A DNA stretch of 64,000 nt from an uncultured delta proteobacterium (GTDB lineage: Bacteria > Desulfobacterota > Desulfobulbia > Desulfobulbales > BM004): contig CAWAPG010000002.1 of NCBI GenBank assembly GCA_963783905.1, positions 65,032 to 129,031 on the forward strand, given 5' to 3'. The stretch's first letter is position 1. Each line of letters opens with the position of its first letter. Below, one piece after another: positions 30,150 to 39,014 of the stretch. The notes below the pieces were generated by a model. That model did no database searches. It was given only the letters and a program-made list of their open reading frames with translations, and was not told the DNA's origin. A program made the translations under genes and the position numbers.

Positions 30150-30248
30150 GTCCAAAATCCTGTTTGCACAACTGTTGTTTTCAGGGCCTGGAAAGTGTAG
30201 ACTGCACAGCAAATTTTATAAACCCGTTGGCCATTTCCCGACAACATC

Positions 30249-30728
30249 ATGGTTCAGGAAACAGATTCCCAGGCAGATCTAAATACCATTAAGGCAGAGA
30301 TCAAAAAGGTATCCGACACCTTTGTGTTTTCTGTCCGGGATATTGTTCTTCATTTTCAGACGCTTATTTCGGCCAGGGCCTCGAGAATGCTTATGGAAGC
30401 ACCCGGGCTTTATTTTCCGGACCTAGGTTTCTATGTAATTTCCAGATCAGGAATGAACCGCGGCCACGGGTCCATGTATGAAAACTTTTATCATTTTTTC
30501 CCGGCCGAGAAGGGTACCTGTTATGGTTTTGTCCTGTACCCGGAAAGTTTTGTCAGGACCTGCCTGGACAAGATATTGCGCAAGACGACAAAAAATATTA
30601 CCCCGCAGCTGCGAATTTCCATGGAGAATGTATTCAACCGCAAACATCACAGGAAATTAAATCTGGTGGATTCCGGAATAGAAAAAGAGCTTATCCTTAA
30701 GCTCAAAAAAGATCTTGGTAGAAAATAA
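30249..30728 (+). CDS. hypothetical protein
   Basis: A 159-aa ORF with coding-like composition. No motif recognised. Confidence 0.5.
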   Translation: MVQETDSQADLNTIKAEIKKVSDTFVFSVRDIVLHFQTLISARASRMLMEAPGLYFPDLGFYVISRSGMNRGHGSMYENFYHFFPAEKGTCYGFVLYPESFVRTCLDKILRKTTKNITPQLRISMENVFNRKHHRKLNLVDSGIEKELILKLKKDLGRK

Positions 30729-31338
30729 CGGAATTCCAGGATGTGCTGCATCATCCGTAATCATGAAAATGCCCAGGAACGCCCGAACGCAGTTTAAAAC
30801 CGACCGTAAATATCGGAAACCAAGCGAACGTACCGCCCAATTTATTCTGGGCATATGGGATTGGTTCCATGATATTTTTACCTCCACATCCACGGTTGTT
30901 CCCCATGGCTATGTAACTCAACATACAGGAGATCATTTGCCGGCAGGCAGCGTGCTGCAGTACCCCAATATTCTTTTGGTTGAGGACAATCCACATACGG
31001 CTGAAGATTTTATTGCCGCCATCAAAAGTTTTTATGTTTTCGGTTCAGTCAATATCTTTGTTGCTCATACCTTTGTATCCGCGGTTACTTTTTTTGATAA
31101 TGAAGAGATCAATCTGGTTATCATGGATGCAGATCTGGACGACGAAGATGGCGATGGCTCCGTCCTGATCCAAAAGTTTCTTGGTGAACAACCGAAAATT
31201 CCTATTCTGGCAAACAGCAGCAGAAGAATCTCCAACCTGAAGCTTACCGGCTTAGGGGCAATTGAAATCCTGAATAAAAGCAGGGAAAAACTCACAAACT
31301 GGCTTTTGCTTCATGATCCGGCCGGCGCCTCGCGATAA
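30715..31338 (+). CDS. single-domain response-regulator receiver protein (start uncertain)
   Basis: The C-terminal 120 aa form a REC fold (ILLVEDNPHTAE..., acceptor region LVIMDADLDDEDGDG, PILANSS). The N-terminal 80 aa of the ORF look non-coding-like. Confidence 0.6.
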   Translation: MVENNGIPGCAASSVIMKMPRNARTQFKTDRKYRKPSERTAQFILGIWDWFHDIFTSTSTVVPHGYVTQHTGDHLPAGSVLQYPNILLVEDNPHTAEDFIAAIKSFYVFGSVNIFVAHTFVSAVTFFDNEEINLVIMDADLDDEDGDGSVLIQKFLGEQPKIPILANSSRRISNLKLTGLGAIEILNKSREKLTNWLLLHDPAGASR

Positions 31339-31665
31339 TGGATGAAACTGCGCCACGATCCTGTAATGAAAATAGGGGCTTTCAGGGTGAGGAATGTTAA
31401 TGCGCTATCAAGAAAGGTTCTGTTGAAATTTCTCTCAATCCGGGGACGTTTATTTTTTGGTGCGGAGCCATCGGCGCGCAAACCGCAGCGTAGAGGTGCA
31501 AATAAATTTTACATCTTTTTTTTTATGATATAGTAAATAAATAACTGATATTGATAACGAAGCGGGGATAAATGCTGTAACATCCTGTATCCCGCGATTT
31601 ATATCTATAAAGGGCAATGGCGAGGACTGTTCGCCACCATTACATACTCACGGCAGACTATAACA

Positions 31666-32124
31666 ATGTTACATTTTATCTGGAAGACCTTAAAAGACCG
31701 GGATCACAAACCCGATGAAGATGCAGCCGTCGTCGAAGAACGAACCAGTATAGCCGCAAGTGTTCTCCTTTTGGAAGCGGCACAGGCAGATCACGAATGT
31801 TCTGACAAGGAACTGAATCACGTCATTGAAACGCTGCGCACGGATTTCAATCTTTCAAGGAAACATGCCGAGGATCTTATTGATGTTGCTCATCATGAAA
31901 AGAACCGGGCGGTGGATCTTTTTGAATTCACCAATCATATCAATAATACATTCAGCAAAAATGAAAAAAAAGCGGTTCTTGAGGCGGTATGGCGGATTAT
32001 TTTTATCGATGGACAACTGGAAAAACACGAAGATCATTTTGTCCGCAAATTGACCCATCTCCTCAGGTTCACGCATAAAGACATGATAGATGCCAAGCTG
32101 AAGGCTCGGAAACAGCTGCAGTAG
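31666..32124 (+). CDS. TerB-family (tellurite-resistance TerB-like) protein
   Basis: TerB-like helical repeats (ECSDKELNHVIETL, FSKNEKKAVLEAVWRIIFIDGQLEKHEDHFVRKL). Confidence 0.75.
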   Translation: MLHFIWKTLKDRDHKPDEDAAVVEERTSIAASVLLLEAAQADHECSDKELNHVIETLRTDFNLSRKHAEDLIDVAHHEKNRAVDLFEFTNHINNTFSKNEKKAVLEAVWRIIFIDGQLEKHEDHFVRKLTHLLRFTHKDMIDAKLKARKQLQ

Positions 32125-32171
32125 TAAGACTATTTATTCCTCACCCTGCCGACCCTGATGGAGGCTGCGCA

Positions 32172-32642
32172 ATGGAAGCCCAAAAAGTTCTGGTCAAAGA
32201 AGATGACAAGGCAGTTATCACCTGCCCGTTCTGCCGGAAAATGAAAAAACTGTCCGTGGCCCGATTCAAGGAAAAAGGGAAGCGGGAACTGGTGGTTAAA
32301 TGCTGCTGTGATAATATTTTCTGCTTCTGTCTTGAATTCAGGAAATATCCACGAAAACCAGTAAATCTCATGGGCAGAAACATCAATCTGTCAAGACACA
32401 GAGAAAGTCAGGATATTATCGTCAAGAATATATCCCTGGGCGGGATCGGTTTTTCTCCTTACAAAGAACACAGGATCCGGAAAAATGATCGGCTGCAAAT
32501 TTCATTTGCTCTCAAGGACTGTCGTAAAACTTTCCTGGATACGCCGGTTGTTGTGCGTGCAGCCGGCCGGGACTATATCAGCTGTGAATTCAAAACCATT
32601 GAAAACTTTAAGGTTACACTCGGTTTTTTTCTCCTTAATTAG
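32172..32642 (+). CDS. PilZ-domain protein with N-terminal zinc ribbon
   Basis: The N-terminal part contains CPFC...CCC. The PilZ core (RKYPRKPV..., NISLGGIGF) resembles c-di-GMP-binding RxxxR / DxSxxG motifs in degenerate form. It is a paralog of 53115-53663. Confidence 0.7.
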   Translation: MEAQKVLVKEDDKAVITCPFCRKMKKLSVARFKEKGKRELVVKCCCDNIFCFCLEFRKYPRKPVNLMGRNINLSRHRESQDIIVKNISLGGIGFSPYKEHRIRKNDRLQISFALKDCRKTFLDTPVVVRAAGRDYISCEFKTIENFKVTLGFFLLN

Positions 32643-32653
32643 TCGGGAAAACA

Positions 32654-32968
32654 GTGAAACATCTGCTTGAACAGGTAAGAAAATTCCGCCGGGAAAGGGA
32701 TTGGGACCGGTTTCATTCCCCGAAAAATCTGGCTATGGCCCTGATGGTTGAAGCAGGCGAGCTGGTTGAGCATTTTCAGTGGCTGACCGAAGAGCAAAGC
32801 CGCAGTCTACCGCCTGACAAATTAGCAGAGGTGCGGGACGAGATCGGTGATGTTCTGATCTACCTGGTAAATCTTTGCGACAAGCTTGAGGTTGACCCGG
32901 TGGCGGCAGCCTATGATAAACTGGGGAAAAACAGGATAAAATATCCCATCACCAAGGTCGGCGGCTAA
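32654..32968 (+). CDS. MazG-like nucleotide pyrophosphohydrolase
   Basis: EAGELVEHFQW and EIGDVLIYL are typical of small MazG/dCTPase-type enzymes. GTG start. Confidence 0.8.
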   Translation: MKHLLEQVRKFRRERDWDRFHSPKNLAMALMVEAGELVEHFQWLTEEQSRSLPPDKLAEVRDEIGDVLIYLVNLCDKLEVDPVAAAYDKLGKNRIKYPITKVGG

Positions 32969-32991
32969 ACAATCAGGTACAGGGAATCCTC

Positions 32992-33264
32992 ATGCACTGC
33001 AGTTTTTGTCATAAGGAGTTCATCACCGCAAAGATCCATATAAGGGATGAATGTCCCAGCTGCGGCCGAGACCTGCATATATGTCTAAACTGTGCGTTCT
33101 ACGACGCCAATGCTTATCGCCAATGCCGGGAGTCTATCAGAGAACCGGTCCATGATAAGGAAAGAGCGAATTACTGTGATTTCTTTCGGGGTTCTGAAGG
33201 TGGAAAACAGGAAGAGGACTCAGGGAGTCAAGCCCGGGAAAAATTGAACGGGCTGTTCAGGTAA
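32992..33264 (+). CDS. Cys-rich zinc-ribbon hypothetical protein
   Basis: CSFC, CPSC, CLNC and further Cys residues. No family name recalled. Confidence 0.55.
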   Translation: MHCSFCHKEFITAKIHIRDECPSCGRDLHICLNCAFYDANAYRQCRESIREPVHDKERANYCDFFRGSEGGKQEEDSGSQAREKLNGLFR

Positions 33265-33295
33265 GAGAATTCGGCATCTTTGCTGCAGGCGGAAT

Positions 33296-33841
33296 TCAAG
33301 TGAGGGACGCCTCCTTTCTGCATAAACGGTCAACACATTTAAGCAGGGTGGGAATTCTGTATTTCCCGTGCATCCGGGTTATGAGAAATTTTGCTCTTTC
33401 CGCGGCGATTCCATCTGCGGTGACATAAAGAGGTTTGCGGCTTTTGCCGCGCAGCACTTCACATGAACGCGGCGTATCCCTGAAAGGTGTTTTGGCAACC
33501 CCGATAACTCCAATATTTTCTCCCACGATATTGCGCAGGTGTTTGCCCAGACCAGGCTCTCTGCTTCTGCCGAGATGGACAAAACCGTCAATGAGAATGC
33601 AGTCGGGTGCTGTCTGGATTTGTTCCAGCAATGCTTCTATGCAGGGCAGCTCCCGGCGGTAAAAATGTCCCGGTATGTAATTATCGGGGATGGGGCAGGT
33701 GACCACCATCTCCTGCAGCGGTTTTTTATCGGCCCAGTCGTGGAAGAGGATGCCACCGGCCAGGGCCGTTTCTTTTTGGTAGGCAACATCGACGGCAATA
33801 ATCATGCTAATGTTCAGGCAATTCTGTTTAAAAAGACTCAA
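33296..33841 (-). CDS. nfi: endonuclease V family protein
   Basis: IIAVDVAY, YIPGHFYRRELP, ILIDGFVHLG and GVIGVAKTPF match endonuclease V catalytic and fold motifs. Confidence 0.7.
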   Translation of the reverse strand: MSLFKQNCLNISMIIAVDVAYQKETALAGGILFHDWADKKPLQEMVVTCPIPDNYIPGHFYRRELPCIEALLEQIQTAPDCILIDGFVHLGRSREPGLGKHLRNIVGENIGVIGVAKTPFRDTPRSCEVLRGKSRKPLYVTADGIAAERAKFLITRMHGKYRIPTLLKCVDRLCRKEASLT

Positions 33842-33933
33842 TAACCCCTGAAAACAAGGATTTTCTTCCTTTCCAGCAGCGATCCTTTATCAGATGAATC
33901 TTATCTTTTTCAGCAGATTTCTGGTGGGGCAGG

Positions 33934-34587
33934 TCACTTTCCTTCAGCACTCTGTTTAACGGGCTTTGTCTCCGCCGCCTTGGTCTTAGGCGGGGTCTTG
34001 ATCTCCCTGAGGGCTTCCTTGGTTTGGGAAATCTGCACGTCAATTTTAGCGCCTCTGGAAATAGAGATATATTCTTTATAGAATATTTCCCCTTTGCCGC
34101 TGGAATTTGCCCCTATCTCGATATCATCACCCTCAAGTTTTCCATTAAATTCACCGTCTATAAATATTTTGCCCCCTGCCTTTATTTCTCCTCCATTGAA
34201 CTTGCCGGATATTTTCACATCCTTTCCTGCGGTGATGTTTCCACCACTAAGTTCACCCTCAATATCAACACTGCCTTCTTTTGTTTCTATATTCCCCTTG
34301 CAGATTCCTTTTATCAGGATGTTTGAATTTTGCATTGATGATATATTACCTTCAACGTCTCCGCTTAATTCCAAATCACAGGTAACGTTAATATCTCCTA
34401 TCAGCTTGCTGCCTTTTAAGATTTTATTCACACTTGAACCCCTAAGAGGTGTTCCAGATGGCACACTGGAAATTTTTTTTGACACATCTTCATTCAGGTC
34501 GTTTTTTTCTTCCTTTTTGTTTTCACTGCCTGCTGATTTAATTTTTTCTTCGTATAAATTCCTTTTATTAAACATTCTGTCCTCCAT
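33934..34587 (-). CDS. bactofilin (polymer-forming cytoskeletal protein)
   Basis: Repetitive beta-helix windings (GDINVTCDLELSGDVEGNI, GNIETKEGSVDIEGELSGGNITAGKDVKISG, etc.) and a Lys/Pro-rich tail. Confidence 0.85.
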   Translation of the reverse strand: MEDRMFNKRNLYEEKIKSAGSENKKEEKNDLNEDVSKKISSVPSGTPLRGSSVNKILKGSKLIGDINVTCDLELSGDVEGNISSMQNSNILIKGICKGNIETKEGSVDIEGELSGGNITAGKDVKISGKFNGGEIKAGGKIFIDGEFNGKLEGDDIEIGANSSGKGEIFYKEYISISRGAKIDVQISQTKEALREIKTPPKTKAAETKPVKQSAEGK

Positions 34588-34822
34588 TTATATAGCAGGT
34601 GATAGCGATAAAATTGCTAATTTCAGGCCGCACTGAATATCGAAGTAATCATGTCAAATCGACCCGAATCCAGTTTGTAAAATAATATAACTTCAAACAA
34701 GCCGGCAACAAAAAACCGGCCGTGCCAAATGATGCTACTATTTTTCAAACTATCCTGCCACTTCGTAATAAAATGACAATTGACATTTAGCGTGTCTGTC
34801 ATCAGTATCTTCCTGTTTTTCG

Positions 34823-34877
34823 TAAAAAAAAGCCGGAGAAGGAAATTTTCATTCCCGCTCCGGCTTTAATTTTTTTA
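34823..34877. terminator. bidirectional rho-independent terminator downstream of the two-CW gene
   Basis: Stem AGCCGGAG / CTCCGGCT (34831-34838 / 34858-34865) flanked by A8 and a T-run. Confidence 0.65.
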
Positions 34878-34961
34878 TGCTGCAGTTTTCTTAAACTCTT
34901 TGATCAATCCATAAAGTTTTGATGTATTATAGGAATTTTAAAGGCAGTTGAAACTAATGTG

Positions 34962-35255
34962 TCACGTTGAGCTAATAGAATTGGCCTGCTGAATACAATC
35001 CGGATGTCGTATTTCAATTTTTTCCCAAAATTCCTTCTGAGCGTTGAGATTTTTTAATTTTTTTATACTTGAAACATATGCTTCTGCTTTAAGTATATAT
35101 ACGATACAGTCTTTACAGTTCTTTGAAACATTATGATGAGTCTCATTCCTTTTGGCAATTTCCCAACACGGGGTTTCAGGTTCATGCCTGGCAGGACAAT
35201 CAAGATTATCACAACTCATCATTTCCCAGCAGCTATAACTAGAATCGGAATCCAT
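34962..35255 (-). CDS. two-CW-domain small protein
   Basis: N-terminal SCWEMMSC..CPA....PCWEIA matches the two-CW (CW...C...CP...CW) Cys motif known from deltaproteobacterial signalling proteins. There is no obvious output domain. Confidence 0.6.
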   Translation of the reverse strand: MDSDSSYSCWEMMSCDNLDCPARHEPETPCWEIAKRNETHHNVSKNCKDCIVYILKAEAYVSSIKKLKNLNAQKEFWEKIEIRHPDCIQQANSISST

Positions 35256-35424
35256 ATAAACACCTACATTGGTTTTACGTTTTTAATAAAAAAGTTTATG
35301 ATCATTAGCCTTTAGCTAATTAATTTGCAAGAATTAAGCCAGTCTTAAAAGAAACACATATCTTACTGTTTTATTGGAAAAATTATATTGAAAAAGAAAA
35401 GTGTTCCTGGAATTGAATTTGAAG

Positions 35425-35466
35425 TGTGTATAATATTCAATACAATGTGTATAATATTCAATACAA
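35425..35466. repeat. perfect 2 x 21-bp tandem repeat, each unit an inverted repeat TGTAT-N8-ATACA containing TATAAT
   Basis: TGTGTATAATATTCAATACAA occurs at 35425-35445 and again at 35446-35466, in the 466-bp AT-rich intergenic region between the two-CW gene and the Anbu operon. Confidence 0.9.
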
Positions 35467-35721
35467 ATTGTAAAAAAATTTATACCACTGAACAAAGGGC
35501 CTTTTAATGGATGCCCCCTTTGCATTTACGAAGTCAGCTAAACTCAGTGCCAGCTATCATAACTGCCACAAAGTGGTATTTTACTTTTCATGACCCAAAA
35601 ACTTTTCCGTGTGTCTCTATAATTTATATTATTGTTGCTTCCGGGCAATAATAAAATTAACCTTCACAGTTATACGCTGAATTAATTTTTAAACTCCAAT
35701 CTCAGATAAGATGGAGAGTAT

Positions 35722-37167
35722 ATGGATTTTGCAAACTATCAACTTGAAAGTTTCTTTGACGAATTATTTGAAGAACAAGGCAAGCCGCGACAGGGTTCTA
35801 AGCTGCTCGTCGAGAAAATAGAATCTCTTTCCTCTGAAAATCTTCTCACCAAACAGAGGGCTGCAGAAACTATGTTGCTGCAGATGGGGATCACATTTGC
35901 TGTATATGGCAGTGATGAGGGTGCAGAGAAAATTTTCCCCTTCGACATCATCCCTCGTATTGTAGAGGGAAAGGAATGGGATCAAATCGAGTCGGGACTC
36001 AAGCAGCGCATTTTTGCCCTGAATGCATTTCTCGAGGATATTTACAATGAGCAAAAGATAATAAAGGACCGTATCGTTCCTGAAGAGGTTATTCTTTCCA
36101 GTAAAACATACCGCAAGGAGTGTGAGGGATTCAGCCCGCCGCGGGGTATCTGGTGCCATGTAACTGGAACAGATCTGGTGCGGGACAAAGATGGGACCTT
36201 TTACATTTTGGAAGATAACCTTCGCTGTCCTTCAGGGGTTTCCTATGTCCTCGAAAACCGTCAGGTCCTGAAACGCACCTTTCCACAGGTTTTCGAAGCA
36301 TCCAATGTCCGACCCGTAGATGATTATCCAAATCGGTTATTGGATATCCTGGAGTATCTTGTGCCCGAAAATGTTTCCAATCCGACTATCGGCGTGCTTA
36401 CTCCAGGTTCATACAATTCCGCCTATTTTGAGCATTCTTTTCTGGCGCGTCAGATGGGGGTCGAGCTTCTTGAAGGCCAAGATCTTGTAGTGTACGATGG
36501 ATTTGTATATATGCAGACCACCAAGGGATTGCAGAAGGTGGACGTGCTTTACCGTCGTATTGATGATGATTTCATCGACCCACTTGCATTCAGGCCGGAT
36601 TCACTGCTTGGAGTGCCCGGCATCATGGAGGTATATAAATCTGGTCGACTGGCGATGGCGAATGCTCCAGGTACCGGGGTTGCGGATGACAAGGTAGTGT
36701 ATGCATACGTTCCGAAGATCATCAAGTATTACACAGGAGAAGAACCTATCCTGCCGAACGTACCCACCTACATATGTGCAGACCCCAAAGAATGCACTTT
36801 TGTCCTGGAAAATCTGGATAAACTTGTTGTAAAAGCTGCCAATGAATCCGGGGGGTATGGCATGCTCGTTGGTCCGCACGCCACAAAAGCGGAAAGGGAT
36901 AAATTTGCAGCATTGATCAAAGAAAACCCGAGAAACTATATGGCGCAACCGACGCTTGCCTTGTCGTGTGCCCCCACGATTACGGCAGGTAATATTGCGG
37001 GAAGGCATGTTGATCTTCGGCCCTATATACTTTACGGAGAAGATATTTATGTATTGCCTGGCGGCCTGACACGGGTTGCTTTGCGTAAAGGATCACTGGT
37101 GGTGAACTCCTCACAGGGAGGAGGCAGCAAGGATACCTGGGTCGTGGATCCTTCGGAAAAAGTATGA
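35722..37167 (+). CDS. circularly permuted type-2 ATP-grasp protein (COG2308 family)
   Basis: Sequence is typical of the family (ILEDNLRCPSGVSYVLENR, GVPGIMEVYKSGRLAMANAPGTGVADDK). First gene of the Anbu-type operon. Confidence 0.9.
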   Translation: MDFANYQLESFFDELFEEQGKPRQGSKLLVEKIESLSSENLLTKQRAAETMLLQMGITFAVYGSDEGAEKIFPFDIIPRIVEGKEWDQIESGLKQRIFALNAFLEDIYNEQKIIKDRIVPEEVILSSKTYRKECEGFSPPRGIWCHVTGTDLVRDKDGTFYILEDNLRCPSGVSYVLENRQVLKRTFPQVFEASNVRPVDDYPNRLLDILEYLVPENVSNPTIGVLTPGSYNSAYFEHSFLARQMGVELLEGQDLVVYDGFVYMQTTKGLQKVDVLYRRIDDDFIDPLAFRPDSLLGVPGIMEVYKSGRLAMANAPGTGVADDKVVYAYVPKIIKYYTGEEPILPNVPTYICADPKECTFVLENLDKLVVKAANESGGYGMLVGPHATKAERDKFAALIKENPRNYMAQPTLALSCAPTITAGNIAGRHVDLRPYILYGEDIYVLPGGLTRVALRKGSLVVNSSQGGGSKDTWVVDPSEKV

Positions 37168-37192
37168 TTTTGTTGTCTTGAGGAGGATGTTA

Positions 37193-38167
37193 ATGCTTAG
37201 CCGAGTAGCCAATTCAGTTTACTGGATGTGCCGGTATATTGAACGGGCCGAAAATGTTGCCCGGTTTATTAGTGTCAATTTAAATCTGCTCCTTGATATC
37301 CCGCTTGCGGCAAACCTGCAATGGGCCCCAATGATTGCAACGACCGGCGACCGGAAAGAGTTCGAAAACCTTTATCCGGACTACTCCCAGGAAAAGGTAA
37401 TAAATTTCCTGACGTTTAACCGGCAATATGGCAATTCCATCCTTTCCTGCCTGCATGCTGCTCGTGAAAACGCACGCTCGGTACGCGAAATAATCTCCAT
37501 CGAGATGTGGGAACAGCTCAATCGTTTCTATATTGAACTCAAAGAGGCGGAACATTCTGGCTTTGCAACGAACGATCCGCATAAGTTTTTTCTTATGATA
37601 AAAATGCGCGGGCATATGTTCTCAGGCCTGTTGTATTCCACGATGAGCCATGGTGAAGCATGGCATTTTGCCCGCATGGGGTTAATGATTGAGCGCGCTG
37701 ACAAGGTGTCCCGAATCCTCGATGTCAAGTATTACATGCTGCTGCCCACCGCAGATAATGTCGGCAGTCCCTATGACAACATTCAATGGGCTGCAGTGCT
37801 GAAATCAGCCAGCGCTCACGATATGTATCGTAAAAGGTTCCATCGGATAACACCGACCAATGTGGCCGATTTTCTCATCTTCGATGCCGAGTTCCCGCGC
37901 TCAATAAGACATTGCATGGGTAATGCCTTTGAAGACTTGCACAAGATAACGGGATCACCATATGGAGTTGCCCGAAACTCTGCCGAGAAATATTTAGGCC
38001 GCCTGACGGCGGATTTGAACTATTCAGATATTACGGATGTAATGAAAATTGGGATACACGAATATCTTGACTCTTTTCAGGTTCGGCTTAACGAGGTTGG
38101 CCGGGAGATTAGCTCAAGTTTTTTCAAAGTGCTTCCATCTGAGGAACCTGCGGCATTCCAACAATAA
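37193..38167 (+). CDS. alpha-E domain protein (COG2307 family)
   Basis: MLSRVANSVYWMCRYIERAEN is the hallmark N-terminus. ATG 37193 lies 6 nt after AGGAGG (the ORF track starts at TTG 37178). Confidence 0.85.
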   Translation: MLSRVANSVYWMCRYIERAENVARFISVNLNLLLDIPLAANLQWAPMIATTGDRKEFENLYPDYSQEKVINFLTFNRQYGNSILSCLHAARENARSVREIISIEMWEQLNRFYIELKEAEHSGFATNDPHKFFLMIKMRGHMFSGLLYSTMSHGEAWHFARMGLMIERADKVSRILDVKYYMLLPTADNVGSPYDNIQWAAVLKSASAHDMYRKRFHRITPTNVADFLIFDAEFPRSIRHCMGNAFEDLHKITGSPYGVARNSAEKYLGRLTADLNYSDITDVMKIGIHEYLDSFQVRLNEVGREISSSFFKVLPSEEPAAFQQ

Positions 38168-38268
38168 TGATTGAATGTTCCGTTTGATTTTGCATTGTTT
38201 TTTGAAATAACATTAGACACACGATTGAGCTGCATTTAATTTATTAATAAAATATTGGAGGGAAATGC

Positions 38269-39012
38269 GTGACCTTTTGTCTTGGAATGCGAACCCATGA
38301 AGGGCTTGTCGGTATTGCGGATACGCTCATTACATCCGGAAACGAGCTGACCCTCGGTAAAAAGCTTACCTGTATCAACCATGGGAACGGTTGTCTATTT
38401 CTGCTGACCTCCGGCCTCAGGTCCGTGCGTGATAAAACGATAACCTATTTTGAAGAACACCTGAGGGAAATTGACAAGCCCTATAACCGTATGTTCAAAG
38501 TGGTGAATGCTTTTTCCAAAAAAATACGACAGGTGTCAAAGGAAGACAAAGCATTTCTTAAGGAAAGCGGCCTGCATTTTAATATCCATTGCCTGATTGG
38601 CGGACAGATGCCGGAAGACAATGAGCATGCACTCTATCTTATCTATCCTGAGGGCAACTGGGTGGAGATCTCGGAGGAAACCCCGTACCAGATTATCGGT
38701 GCCCCGGCGTATGGGAAACCGGTTCTGGACAGAACTTTTACGAACAATGATTCCCTGGAGTTTGCTGTGAAAGTAGGTTTTCTTGCCTTTGATTCAACGC
38801 GGATAAGTGCTGCAGATGTTGATTTTCCCGTTGATCTGGTCCTTTACCGGAGAGACACTTTCCAGATGATTGAACACCGTTATGAACAGGAGGAGCTCAG
38901 CGATATTTCCACCTGGTGGGACAGTGCTCTGCGTCAGGCGATAAAGGACCTTCCTGGTGAATGGATGGAGCGCATCCTGGCTAAGTTAAATCCGGGGACC
39001 GCTAAGGTTTAG
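38269..39012 (+). CDS. Anbu (ancestral beta-subunit) proteasome-homolog Ntn hydrolase
   Basis: GTG start 6 nt after GGAGGG gives M-TFCLGMRTHEGLVGIADT, so Thr would be residue 1 after Met removal. The position between the alpha-E and transglutaminase genes is the canonical Anbu context. Confidence 0.8.
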   Translation: MTFCLGMRTHEGLVGIADTLITSGNELTLGKKLTCINHGNGCLFLLTSGLRSVRDKTITYFEEHLREIDKPYNRMFKVVNAFSKKIRQVSKEDKAFLKESGLHFNIHCLIGGQMPEDNEHALYLIYPEGNWVEISEETPYQIIGAPAYGKPVLDRTFTNNDSLEFAVKVGFLAFDSTRISAADVDFPVDLVLYRRDTFQMIEHRYEQEELSDISTWWDSALRQAIKDLPGEWMERILAKLNPGTAKV

Positions 39013-39014
39013 AC

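Noticed and set aside
31342-31533. 63-aa + ORF after the receiver-domain gene
   Set aside because: It has an Arg/Lys/Phe-rich odd composition, no SD, and ends in a T-run. It is more likely a 3-prime UTR or terminator region.
35425-35466. Possibility that the short direct repeats are a CRISPR array
   Set aside because: There are only two directly abutting 21-bp units with no spacers. The 120-bp repeats at 40847-41086 are in-frame coding. No CRISPR-like repeat-spacer structure occurs anywhere in the window.
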